From the NCBI GenBank assembly GCA_048571215.1, contig CP182352.1:3550514-3614513 (forward strand): DNA of 64,000 nt, given 5' to 3'. Shown here piece after piece: positions 39,273-48,990 of the stretch (within the stretch, counting starts at the first letter, position 1; the number at the start of each line of letters is the position of its first letter). Below the pieces are notes generated by a model, which saw nothing but the letters and a program-made list of their open reading frames with translations, did not search any database and was not told the origin of the DNA. Made by a program: the position numbers and the translations under genes. The stretch comes from Halarcobacter sp. GTDB taxonomy: Bacteria > Campylobacterota > Campylobacteria > Campylobacterales > Arcobacteraceae.

Positions 39273-39625
39273 TGACTGAAACGCTATTTGTATATGGAAC
39301 TTTGATGCCAAACTGTCCAAATGGACATGTTTTAGAAAAAATTGTAGGTAGATTTGTAAGAGCAACAGTTAAAGGAAAACTTGTGGATGCAGGTTGGAGT
39401 GCTGGTATGGGTTATCCTGGAATAAAACTTGATGAGCAAGTTGATACGGTTCATGGATATTTGTTTTATTCAAGTAATCTGATAAACCATTGGGATTTTT
39501 TAGATGAGTTTGAAGGAGAAGAGTTCGTAAGAACACCTGTTAGGGTAGAAAGATATGATGAATTGGATGTTGATACTTATATATATACTTTAAAACCTGA
39601 AGTGGAAGAGATGTTGGAAGAGTAA
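39272..39625 (+). CDS. Gamma-glutamylcyclotransferase (AIG2-like) family protein
   Basis: LFVYGTL, GYPG, VHG, LDEFEG motifs. Confidence 0.85.
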   Translation: MTETLFVYGTLMPNCPNGHVLEKIVGRFVRATVKGKLVDAGWSAGMGYPGIKLDEQVDTVHGYLFYSSNLINHWDFLDEFEGEEFVRTPVRVERYDELDVDTYIYTLKPEVEEMLEE

Positions 39626-39653
39626 GTAAAATTACTCTTTTTTTTAAATTTTA

Positions 39654-39677
39654 TTATATCAATATATCTTGATGTAT
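39654..39677. promoter_or_regulatory. Second candidate ArsR operator upstream of arsB
   Basis: TTATATCAATATATCTTGATGTAT is a near-perfect reverse complement of the operator at 38893. Confidence 0.6.
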
Positions 39678-39694
39678 TGATAAAAAGGAATGGG

Positions 39695-40948
39695 ATGTTT
39701 TTAGCTAGTGGAATATTTATACTTACACTAATTTTTGTGATTTGGCAACCAAAAAATTTGCAAATAGGAACTACAGCAGTTATTGGTGCGATAGTTGCTT
39801 TAGTTTTAGGGGTTGTAAGTTTTGATGATGTATTAATAGTTACTAATATAGTTTGGGATGCAACTTTGGCATTCATTGGTATTATAATTTTATCTATGGT
39901 TTTAGATGAGATTGGATTTTTTGAGTGGTGTGCTATAAAAATGGCTAAGCTTTCGAATGGTAATGGGCATTTAATGTTTGTATATGCTCTTATTTTAGGT
40001 TCTTTTGTCTCAGCACTATTTGCAAATGATGGAGCTGCACTTATTTTAACACCAATTTTATTGGCAAAAATGAGGATTTTGAAACTAAATACAAAAACTA
40101 TTTTAGCGTTTTTATTAGCAGGAGGATTTATAAGTGATAGTGCTTCATTGCCTTTTGTATTTTCAAATCTAACAAATATAGTTACAGCAAACTACTTTGA
40201 GATAGGTTTTTTACAATATCTATCAAATATGTTTATTCCATATATAGTAAGTACTATAGTTTCTATTTTAGTCTTATGGTTAATTCTTAAAAATGATATT
40301 CCAAAAGAGATTGATATAAGTTTACTTAAAAATCCAGATGAAGTGTTAAAAAATAAAACCTTATTTAAATTTTCTTGGTTTTTTCTTGTTTTACTTTTAT
40401 TTGCATATTTTATTGGGGATGCTTTTAATTTACCCATATCAATTTTTGCTTTAGGTGGGGGACTTATTTTTCTAGGAATTGCAAGTTATTATAAAAGTGC
40501 AAAGGCATGGCTTACTATTAAAACTGCACCTTGGCAAGTTGTTTGGTTTAGTATAGGGCTTTATATTGTTGTTTATGGGCTAAAAAATGCTGGATTAACT
40601 GATTATTTAACAATGATTTTAAATGATTTAGTACAAAGGGGTGATGCTATTGCCATAATAGGTACGGGGTTTATATCTGCTTTTTTAAGTGCGATTATGA
40701 ATAATATGCCAACAGTTATGGTAATGGATATAGCTTTAAAGGATATCCCAAATGAAGCCTTAGCTTATGCAAATATTATTGGATGTAATTTAGGTCCCAA
40801 AATGACACCATTTGGTAGTCTTGCAACCTTACTTTGGCTTCATGTATTAAGTAAAAAAGGTGTTAAAATAGGATTTTGGCAATACAGTAAATTTGGACTA
40901 ATGGTAACTCCTCCAGTATTATTAGTAGTATTATTAACATTAATTTAA
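39695..40948 (+). CDS. arsB: ArsB arsenite efflux pump
   Basis: IWQPK, VWDATLAF, ANDGAALILTP, SNLTN, MNNMPTV, GPKMTPFGSLATLLWLHVL; ATG at 39695 after AAGGA. Confidence 0.93.
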   Translation: MFLASGIFILTLIFVIWQPKNLQIGTTAVIGAIVALVLGVVSFDDVLIVTNIVWDATLAFIGIIILSMVLDEIGFFEWCAIKMAKLSNGNGHLMFVYALILGSFVSALFANDGAALILTPILLAKMRILKLNTKTILAFLLAGGFISDSASLPFVFSNLTNIVTANYFEIGFLQYLSNMFIPYIVSTIVSILVLWLILKNDIPKEIDISLLKNPDEVLKNKTLFKFSWFFLVLLLFAYFIGDAFNLPISIFALGGGLIFLGIASYYKSAKAWLTIKTAPWQVVWFSIGLYIVVYGLKNAGLTDYLTMILNDLVQRGDAIAIIGTGFISAFLSAIMNNMPTVMVMDIALKDIPNEALAYANIIGCNLGPKMTPFGSLATLLWLHVLSKKGVKIGFWQYSKFGLMVTPPVLLVVLLTLI

Positions 40949-40959
40949 AAGGGAAAAAA

Positions 40960-41364
40960 ATGGATAAGAAAGTTTTGATTTTATGTACAGGGAACTCATG
41001 TAGAAGTATTATTGCTGAAGCTCAAATTAATGCTTTATTAGATGGAGTAAGTAGTGATAGTAGTGGAGTAAAAGCTAGTGGAAGAGTAAATCCAAATGCT
41101 AAAAAGCTATTAGAACAAAAGGGTATCTGGAAAGAGGAGTATCATTCAAAAACTATTGATAAGGTTATAAACAAAGAATATGATTTAGTAGTAACAGTTT
41201 GTGACAATGCAAATGAGACTTGCCCAATGTTTCCAAAAGCAATTAAAGTTATTCATGTGGGATTTGAAGATCCAGATGGTAAAGGGTATGAAGCATTTGA
41301 ACAAACTTATAAAGAGATTGAAGAGATTTTATTACCAAAGGTAAAAGAGGCTTTAAATGTTTAG
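40960..41364 (+). CDS. arsC: Arsenate reductase, thioredoxin/LMW-PTP type
   Basis: CTGNSCRS P-loop, TVCD...CP, FEDP. Confidence 0.92.
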   Translation: MDKKVLILCTGNSCRSIIAEAQINALLDGVSSDSSGVKASGRVNPNAKKLLEQKGIWKEEYHSKTIDKVINKEYDLVVTVCDNANETCPMFPKAIKVIHVGFEDPDGKGYEAFEQTYKEIEEILLPKVKEALNV

Positions 41365-42316
41365 TTATTGGGAAAAGCTTGTTGATTATTTTATTTATAC
41401 ATTAATTGGATTAGATAAGAGTACTCATTTTGCACAAGCCTTCCATTTTTTTATTTTTGATACAGTTAAAATATTTATTTTACTTATTGGAATAATATTC
41501 CTTGTATCATATTTAAGAACCTGGTTTAATGTGGAAAAGGTAAGAGCATATTTACAAGGAAAATCTGAATTTACAGGAAATGTTTTTGCAAGTATATTTG
41601 GAATAATCACTCCTTTTTGTACTTGTAGTGCAATTCCTCTTTTTTTAGGATTTTTACAAGCAAGAATCCCTTTAGGTGTAACTTTTTCATTTTTAATATC
41701 AGCTCCTTTAAATAATGAAATAGCAATAGCAATGTTGTTTTCTTTATTTGGTTGGAAAATTACTGCTATATATATTGGGTTTGGTTTACTTGTTGCCATA
41801 GTTGGTGGATATATAATTGGTAAATTAAAAATGGAAAAATATATTTTACTTGATATACAACCAATGGAAGGATGTTGCAAAAATCCTACAATAGATTTGG
41901 ATAATAAAACAAGAATAAAAGATGCTTGGGTATACACTATGGATATATTTAAAAAAATATATTTATATGTGATCATTGGTGTTAGTGTTGGAGCATTTAT
42001 TCATGGGTATATTCCTACAGATTTTATTGCAAAATATACAGGTGGAGATGCTTGGTATACTGTTCCTTTATCTGTGATTTTAGGAATACCAATGTATGCA
42101 AGTGCAGCAGGAGTTATGCCATTAGTTGAAGTGTTAACTTCAAAAGGGATGTTGTTAGGGAGTGCACTTTCTTTTATGATGGCAGTTACAGCTTTATCTT
42201 TACCAGAGGCTATGATTTTAAAAAGATTATTACATACAAAACTTATTGTTACATTTTTTGCAATAATAGGAATAGGAATTATAATAATTGGATATATATT
42301 TAATGCAATTTTATAA
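41357..42316 (+). CDS. arsP: ArsP/DUF318 permease
   Basis: TPFCTCSAIP, FSFLISAP, ALSLPE motifs; ars context. Confidence 0.8.
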   Translation: MFSYWEKLVDYFIYTLIGLDKSTHFAQAFHFFIFDTVKIFILLIGIIFLVSYLRTWFNVEKVRAYLQGKSEFTGNVFASIFGIITPFCTCSAIPLFLGFLQARIPLGVTFSFLISAPLNNEIAIAMLFSLFGWKITAIYIGFGLLVAIVGGYIIGKLKMEKYILLDIQPMEGCCKNPTIDLDNKTRIKDAWVYTMDIFKKIYLYVIIGVSVGAFIHGYIPTDFIAKYTGGDAWYTVPLSVILGIPMYASAAGVMPLVEVLTSKGMLLGSALSFMMAVTALSLPEAMILKRLLHTKLIVTFFAIIGIGIIIIGYIFNAIL

Positions 42317-42450
42317 GAAGAATGAGCAAATTGAGAATTTGAAAATAAAAAAGATTGAATCAAGACAAAGTATATAGTTTAAGAAACTACCCTTACTTAC
42401 CTAAAGTAAAGTATTGAGATGTTACAATTCTCAAAAACTAAGGTGTATAT

Positions 42451-43326
42451 GTGAGTGAGAAAAATCTAGGTTTAATTTATGCTTTATGTGCTTTTTTCTT
42501 TTGGGGTTTAGTTCCTATTTATTACAAACAAGTAATGATGGTACCTCCTTTTGAGATTTTAGCTTCAAGGATTGTTTTTTCTGTAATAGTCCTATTATTT
42601 TTGCTTACGGTTAGTAAACAGTTTAATACAATTAAGCCGATAATAAAAAGTTTAAGTAAGATGAGATATTTAGTTATGGCATCTTTACTTATTTCTTTAA
42701 ATTGGTTTACTTTTATATATGCTATATCAGTAAATAAAATTGTGGAAGCAAGTTTGGGATATTTTATTACTCCATTAGTTAGTGTTGCATTGGGTTATTT
42801 TATATTTAAAGAGAGTATTAATAAAATCCAAAAAGTAGCTATTTTATTAGCTTTTATTGCCATTGTTTACCAACTTATGACAATAGGAAGTATTCCTATA
42901 ATTGCACTAAGTTTAGCATTTTCATTTGGTTTTTATGGAATGGTTCGAAAAAAAGTACAAATAGCTTCAATACCTGGACTTTTTATTGAGACAATAATTG
43001 TATTACCCATTGCACTATTTTATTTATATTTTATATATGATAATTCAACAAGCGTATTTAATACTTTAAGCTCTTATGATTTTACAATATTGAGTTTAAG
43101 TGGATTAGTGACTGTATTACCTCTATTATGGTTTAATAGTGCAGCAATTAGAATGGATCTTACCACTTTAGGCTTTTTGCAATATATTGGTCCCACAGTG
43201 GCATTTTTAGTAGCAATTTTTATTTATGGTGAGAATCTAAATATAAATAAATTGATTACATTTATTATAATTTGGATAGCTTTGGCAATTTTTTCATTTG
43301 ATATTATTAAAAGAAGAAGAAATTAG
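42451..43326 (+). CDS. rarD: RarD-family EamA/DMT transporter
   Basis: WGLVPIYYK, EASLGYFITPL, FYGMVRK, GFLQYIGP; GTG start. Confidence 0.88.
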   Translation: MSEKNLGLIYALCAFFFWGLVPIYYKQVMMVPPFEILASRIVFSVIVLLFLLTVSKQFNTIKPIIKSLSKMRYLVMASLLISLNWFTFIYAISVNKIVEASLGYFITPLVSVALGYFIFKESINKIQKVAILLAFIAIVYQLMTIGSIPIIALSLAFSFGFYGMVRKKVQIASIPGLFIETIIVLPIALFYLYFIYDNSTSVFNTLSSYDFTILSLSGLVTVLPLLWFNSAAIRMDLTTLGFLQYIGPTVAFLVAIFIYGENLNINKLITFIIIWIALAIFSFDIIKRRRN

Positions 43327-43506
43327 TCTTCTAGTTTTATCTAAAAAGTAAAATTGTATTTTTTATAGTTTAACTATAATCAATGTATAATTTAGGAAAC
43401 TCTTAAAAAGGATAGTTCCTGATTACAGAAGCTAAAGAGTATTTTGTGGTATTTAGAAAAACTTTTACAAAAGAAAAATAACGATTAATTTATCTTAAGG
43501 AATAAA

Positions 43507-43734
43507 ATGAAAATAGAGATTTTAGGAACAGGTTGTTCAAAATGTGAAACTTTAGCAAATAATGCAAAAACTGCAGTTGCAAATGCAAAGGTTTTTGCCC
43601 AAGTTGAAAAAGTAGAAGATATGGTAAAAATCATGGAATATGGTGTGATGAGTACACCTGGACTTGTTATCAATGGGGAAGTAAAATCAGTAGGAAAAGT
43701 TTTAACAGCTCAAGAGATTCAAGAACTATTTTAA
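43507..43734 (+). CDS. Small thioredoxin-like redox-active disulfide protein (MTH895-type)
   Basis: ILGTGCSKC, YGVMSTPGLVING. Confidence 0.88.
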   Translation: MKIEILGTGCSKCETLANNAKTAVANAKVFAQVEKVEDMVKIMEYGVMSTPGLVINGEVKSVGKVLTAQEIQELF

Positions 43735-43754
43735 TTACAAATTAGTTACAAACT

Positions 43755-43836
43755 AAAAAGTAAAGAGTTGTACTCTTGACTTTTTTATTTATTTTCTCTA
43801 TAATTTCAAAAGTAAAGAGTTAAACTCTTTACTTTT
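43755..43836 (+). promoter_or_regulatory. Sigma70 promoter flanked by two palindromic operators
   Basis: TTGACT (43776) - 17 nt - TATAAT (43799). Palindromes AAAAGTAAAGAGT-N3-ACTCTT(G/T)ACTTTT at about 43756-43784 and 43808-43836. Confidence 0.8.
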
Positions 43837-43847
43837 AGGAGTGAATT

Positions 43848-44486
43848 ATGAAAATTATAGATGAAAAAAACTATTATAAGATGAGTGAACTTGTTGAGCA
43901 AGTTGAGCTTAGCAATCACACAATCGCTTTTTATCACAAAAAAGGCTTACTTCCAAATACAGTTAATACTTCAAAAAATATGAAGTATTATCCAGAAATC
44001 ACAATCACTGTTTTGAATATGATTAAATATTTCAAAGATAATCTAAATTTTTCTATTGATTACATTAAAGAGTTGTTTGATTATTATAGAATAGATTTCA
44101 ATGATAGAGCAGAACTTATTTTACAATCAATACAGATGTTATCAAGTGAGATAAAAAATCCAATTGAGAGAAAAGATTTAAATCAAGAACTTTTACAAGA
44201 AGCAATAGATTTAGATTTACTTGATAAAAAAGAGATATATTTTAAAACTGAAGTTGCCGTTTTAAAAACTTATGAAGAGTTAAGAAAATATGAAATTTCA
44301 AATCAACTAATAAGTGAATATGTGACTACAAGTAAAAGATTAGCATTACTTGAAAGGCAATTAAGTACAAAGGTTTTAGAAAAAACAGGGTATTTACCTG
44401 AGATTTTAGTTTTAGATATTTTAAACTCATTTAAACCTTATATTTTTAATAGACATACAATTATAGAATTTAAAAAGGATGTCTAA
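43848..44486 (+). CDS. MerR-family HTH transcriptional regulator
   Basis: YKMSELVEQVELSNHTIAFYHKKGLLP...KYY...FSIDYIK fits the MerR winged helix. Confidence 0.8.
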   Translation: MKIIDEKNYYKMSELVEQVELSNHTIAFYHKKGLLPNTVNTSKNMKYYPEITITVLNMIKYFKDNLNFSIDYIKELFDYYRIDFNDRAELILQSIQMLSSEIKNPIERKDLNQELLQEAIDLDLLDKKEIYFKTEVAVLKTYEELRKYEISNQLISEYVTTSKRLALLERQLSTKVLEKTGYLPEILVLDILNSFKPYIFNRHTIIEFKKDV

Positions 44487-45490
44487 TGGAAACTGTAGAT
44501 TTTCATACCCACTTATTAAATCCAAATGTATCTTTTTCAAGAGTTTATGACAAAGTTGCTATTTCACTTTTTGCAAAAAAACTTGGTGTTGAAAAAAATG
44601 ATTTATTAAATAGAAAATATAATGCTTTTGTTGATGCTTTTATTAACAACATACAAACTTCAAAATATGTATCAAAATCAGTAGTTCTTCCCGTTGATGC
44701 AAAAATAGACTCAAAAGGGAAAGAGATATCAAGGGATAAAACCGTATGTTCTTCAAATGAAGATGTTTTAAATGAATATAAAAAATATCCAAATGAAGTT
44801 ATCCCATTCTTTTCTGTAAATCCAAATAGAGTAGATGCCTTAGATTTGATTGATAAATATACTTCCCAAGGCTTCAAAGGAGCAAAATTTTTACAAAATT
44901 ATTGGGATATAGATATAAATCAAGATAGATATATCCCTTATTTTGAAAAGATGAAATCATACGATTTGCCAATTATTATCCACACAGGGAGTGAACATGC
45001 AGTGGAATCAAATCCTATGTATGAAAAGGTTGAAGTTGCAAACTTAGCAATAGAAATAGGATGTAAAGTGGTACTTGCACATTTTGGGGTTAACTCAATT
45101 ATGGAACATAATCCTAGAAAATTTTTGAATAATTTTTCATTTGATAATAAAAAATTTGGTGATGATTATTTTAAAACAATTGAATATTTAGAAAATCATG
45201 AAAATGTATATGCTGATTTGTCCGCTATGATTATGAATTTTAGATCAAAGATTATTGAAGATTTAGCAAAAAATCAAACTCAAATACATCACAAACTACT
45301 TTTTGGGACAGATTATCCTGTCCCCTTTTCTCCAATGTTTTCTTATCACTCTTTGGATTTAAATAAAAGAAGAAAGTTGGAAAAAATAGAGAATCCACTT
45401 GATAGAAATATAGAATTTTTTAATCACTATTTTGAAGAAAAATCTTGTATATATACAAACTGGCAAAAGTTAATAAAGGATATTGCATGA
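44486..45490 (+). CDS. Amidohydrolase (family 2) metal-dependent hydrolase
   Basis: DFHTH, IHTG, LAHFG, YADLS, FGTDYP. Confidence 0.85.
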   Translation: METVDFHTHLLNPNVSFSRVYDKVAISLFAKKLGVEKNDLLNRKYNAFVDAFINNIQTSKYVSKSVVLPVDAKIDSKGKEISRDKTVCSSNEDVLNEYKKYPNEVIPFFSVNPNRVDALDLIDKYTSQGFKGAKFLQNYWDIDINQDRYIPYFEKMKSYDLPIIIHTGSEHAVESNPMYEKVEVANLAIEIGCKVVLAHFGVNSIMEHNPRKFLNNFSFDNKKFGDDYFKTIEYLENHENVYADLSAMIMNFRSKIIEDLAKNQTQIHHKLLFGTDYPVPFSPMFSYHSLDLNKRRKLEKIENPLDRNIEFFNHYFEEKSCIYTNWQKLIKDIA

Positions 45491-48400
45491 AAAATATAAA
45501 AATAAATTTGTCTTTAATAAAAATCGCCTTTTTATTAGTAGTATTTTGTAATGTTGCTGTTGATATTTCACATAAGATTTTACTTCAAAATATTGCTTTT
45601 AAGATATATGATGGGAGTGAGCAAGTTATCTGGATATCTGTAATCAATATGCTAATCTTAATCCCTTTTTTACTTCTTTTTACTCTAAGTGGACATTTGT
45701 CTGATAAATATCCTAAAAAAAGTATTTTAATATATGGGGCTATTTCATCTTTTTGCTTATCCGTATTTATGATTGTAGCTTATTTAGTAGGAAGTTTTTA
45801 TCTTGCTATGTTTGGATTGTTTTTACTTGCAATTCAAAGTGCTATTTATTCTCCTGCAAAATTTGGAATAATAATAGATATTTATGGTAAGAGTGAATTG
45901 TCTCGTGGGAATTCAAGTTTACAAGGGGCTTCTATAATCTCTATACTTGTGGCAATGGCAAGTTTTTCTTTTCTATTTGAATCTTTTTACATATCAAACA
46001 ATCTTGAAATTTTAACTTCAAAAGAGCAATTACTACAAGCAGTGTTTCCTTTATGTCTTTATATTTTACCAATTGCTTTTATTGAGATGATGGTATCTCT
46101 ATTTGTTTTAAGAAAAATTAAAACAACAAGTAAAATAAATGAACAATTATCATTAGCTAATAAAGAGTTAGTTCTTGGAAAACTATTTAGAAAAAATATA
46201 AATAAAATTACTTCTAATAAGATAATATTTTTATGTGTTTTAGGTTTGGGATTATTTTGGGGAGTATCTCAAGGTATGATTGCTGTTTTCCCATCTTATG
46301 CAAAAATGTATTTAGATATTACAAATGTTTTTGTAATAAATGGTGTAATAGCAGCTTCGGGTATTGGTATAGCAATTGGCTCTATTCTTTATGCTAAATA
46401 CTCTAAACATTATATTGAAGTTGGAACGATTCCCTTTGCTGCCCTTGGGATGAGTATGATGATTTATATTGCAACAATAGTAAATAAGCCTTCAAGTTTA
46501 GCTTTAGCTTTTTTATTATTTGGTATTTTTGGAGGATTATTTGTAGTGCCTTTAAATGCTCTTATTCAATTTAACTCAAAAAAGAGATATTTAGGAACAA
46601 TTTTAGCTGGAAATAATTGGTTTCAATCTTTATTTATGTTTGTAGTTTTAATAGCTACCACTGCTGTATCTTTATTTAAATTTGATCCACTTCATACCAT
46701 ATATATTATTTTGCTATTAATGTTTTGTGGAGCAATATTTATAGTTTATTTTATTCCTCAATCTATGATTATATTTTTTATGAAGTGTATAGTTGGCTTA
46801 AAATATAAGTTGGAAGTAAATGGAATAAAAAATATTCCATCTAGTGGGGGAGCTCTTCTTTTAGGAAACCATGTTTCTTGGTTAGACTGGGCAGTTATAT
46901 ATATGTCAACTCCAAGGGATATAAAGTTTGTAATGGATAAACATATATATTCAAAATGGTATCTAAATGGTTTAATGAAGTTTTTCAAAATCATTCCAAT
47001 ATCTTCATCTTATAGTAGAACTACTCTTCAAACTATAGCAAATGAGCTTGATAATGGAAATATAATTGTATTGTTTCCAGAAGGAAATATTACTAGAACT
47101 GGTCATTTAGGGGAGTTTAAAAAAGGTTTTGAAAAGATTTTAGAACAAACAAAAACGGATGTTCCAGTTATCGCTTTTTATATTAGAGGTTTATGGGAAA
47201 GTATGTTTAGCAGGGCAAATAGAAAATATAAAAAATCAAAACGAACAGGTAGTGTTTCAGTATCTTTTTCAAAACCTATTAAAAAAAGTAAAGCTACTGT
47301 AACTAGAGTTAAAAGTGAAGTTGTAAATCTTACAACTAAATCTTGGGTAAAACATATTAATAAAGAATCTGGTATTGCACAAACTATTTTTGATAGATTA
47401 AAAGAGGTAAAAAAAGAGACAATTTTTGCTGATTCTACAGGAGTAGAACTTAGTGGATATAGATTTTTAAGCGCATCAATACTATTTAAAAATCTTTTAG
47501 CAGAAGAGATTAAAGGGCAAAATATAGGATTATTAATCCCATCAAGTGTAGCAGGTGCTTTTGTTAATACTTCTATTTTGATGTTGGGTAAATGTTGTGT
47601 AAATCTTAATTTTACAGCTTCAATAGATGCTTTAAAAGAGTCTGTAAAAAGTGCAGATATAAACTCAATTGTGACGTCAAAAAAATTTATTGAAAAGTTA
47701 AAAGATAGGGGAGTTGCTATTGATGAGGTATTAAATTTATGTGATGTGATATATTTAGAAGATTTAAAAACTAAAATATCAAAACCAAAGGCTTTGATAA
47801 CTCTTTTAAGTGTAGTTTTCTTACCTTCAAAAATATTAAAAGCTCTTCATATAATAAAAGTATCAACAAAATCTACAGCTTTAATTCTATTTAGTAGTGG
47901 AAGTGAAGGGGTTCCAAAAGGTGTAGAATTAAGTCATAAAAATGTTATAGGAAATGCTCAACAAATCTCTACTGTATTAAATGTAGATGAGTATGATACT
48001 ATAATTGGCTCTTTACCTTTATTTCACGCTTTTGGTATAGTTGTAACAAACTTTCTGCCATTACTTGAGGGGATAAAATGTGTTTCACATCCTGATCCTA
48101 CCGATGGATATGCAATAGGAAAGTTAGTTCAAAAACATAAAGGAACTATTATTCTTGGTACATCAACTTTTTTTAGACTTTATACAAAAAATAATAAACT
48201 TACAAAAGAGATGTTTGAGAGTCTAAGATTGGTGGTTTCAGGAGCAGAAAAACTATCACAAAAAGTTAGAGAAGAGTTTAAAGAGAAATTTAATAAAGAT
48301 ATTTTAGAAGGGTATGGTACTACAGAAACAACACCAGTTGCTGCTTGTAACCTTCCTGATGTAAAAGCGCCTAATGGAGTTTATCAAATAGGTGGAAAAA

Positions 48401-48960
48401 TAGGAACAGTTGGTATGGCTATGCCTGGAACAAGAATTAAGATTGTTGATTCTTCAAGTTTTAAGCAATTAGATATAGCAGAAGAGGGGATGATATTAAT
48501 CTCTGGTGTTCAAGTTATGAAAGGGTATTTAAAAAACAAAAAGAAAACAAAAGAGGTTTTGGTAAATATAAAAGGTAATACTTATTATGTAACAGGGGAT
48601 AAAGGTAAACTTGACGAAGATGGTTTTTTAACAATAGTTGATAGATATTCAAGGTTCGCAAAGCTTGGTGGAGAGATGATAAGTTTAGGTGCAGTGGAAC
48701 AAAAAATTGAGAAGTTAATTCCTAATGATGAAATAGAATTTATTGCAAGTTCAATTAGTGATGATAAGAAAGGTGAAAAAATAGTTTTACTTATTTCCCA
48801 TATTAGCCAAGATGAATTAGAAGAGTTAAAGGTAAAAATAAAAGAGAACTTTGATACAAAACTTATGGTTCCTAGTGTATATAAAGTATTAGATGAGATA
48901 CCAAAACTTGGAAGTGGTAAAAAAGATTTTGCAAAAGCTAAGGCTTTGGCATTAGCTTAA
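45487..48960 (+). CDS. aas: Aas-type fusion: LplT-like MFS + PlsC acyltransferase + acyl-ACP/CoA synthetase
   Basis: LSDKYPK and QSAIYSPAKFG (MFS); NHVSWLD and FPEG (acyltransferase); FSSGSEGVPKG, EGYGTTE and YVTGD (AMP-binding). ATG at 45487 after AAGGA. Confidence 0.9.
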   Translation: MKNIKINLSLIKIAFLLVVFCNVAVDISHKILLQNIAFKIYDGSEQVIWISVINMLILIPFLLLFTLSGHLSDKYPKKSILIYGAISSFCLSVFMIVAYLVGSFYLAMFGLFLLAIQSAIYSPAKFGIIIDIYGKSELSRGNSSLQGASIISILVAMASFSFLFESFYISNNLEILTSKEQLLQAVFPLCLYILPIAFIEMMVSLFVLRKIKTTSKINEQLSLANKELVLGKLFRKNINKITSNKIIFLCVLGLGLFWGVSQGMIAVFPSYAKMYLDITNVFVINGVIAASGIGIAIGSILYAKYSKHYIEVGTIPFAALGMSMMIYIATIVNKPSSLALAFLLFGIFGGLFVVPLNALIQFNSKKRYLGTILAGNNWFQSLFMFVVLIATTAVSLFKFDPLHTIYIILLLMFCGAIFIVYFIPQSMIIFFMKCIVGLKYKLEVNGIKNIPSSGGALLLGNHVSWLDWAVIYMSTPRDIKFVMDKHIYSKWYLNGLMKFFKIIPISSSYSRTTLQTIANELDNGNIIVLFPEGNITRTGHLGEFKKGFEKILEQTKTDVPVIAFYIRGLWESMFSRANRKYKKSKRTGSVSVSFSKPIKKSKATVTRVKSEVVNLTTKSWVKHINKESGIAQTIFDRLKEVKKETIFADSTGVELSGYRFLSASILFKNLLAEEIKGQNIGLLIPSSVAGAFVNTSILMLGKCCVNLNFTASIDALKESVKSADINSIVTSKKFIEKLKDRGVAIDEVLNLCDVIYLEDLKTKISKPKALITLLSVVFLPSKILKALHIIKVSTKSTALILFSSGSEGVPKGVELSHKNVIGNAQQISTVLNVDEYDTIIGSLPLFHAFGIVVTNFLPLLEGIKCVSHPDPTDGYAIGKLVQKHKGTIILGTSTFFRLYTKNNKLTKEMFESLRLVVSGAEKLSQKVREEFKEKFNKDILEGYGTTETTPVAACNLPDVKAPNGVYQIGGKIGTVGMAMPGTRIKIVDSSSFKQLDIAEEGMILISGVQVMKGYLKNKKKTKEVLVNIKGNTYYVTGDKGKLDEDGFLTIVDRYSRFAKLGGEMISLGAVEQKIEKLIPNDEIEFIASSISDDKKGEKIVLLISHISQDELEELKVKIKENFDTKLMVPSVYKVLDEIPKLGSGKKDFAKAKALALA

Positions 48961-48990
48961 CAGATGGGTTTATTACCCATCTGTAGCTAA
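48952..48990. terminator. Hairpin between convergent aas and glnD
   Basis: CAGATGGGT-TTATT-ACCCATCTG, extended by TTAGCT/AGCTAA. Confidence 0.55.
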
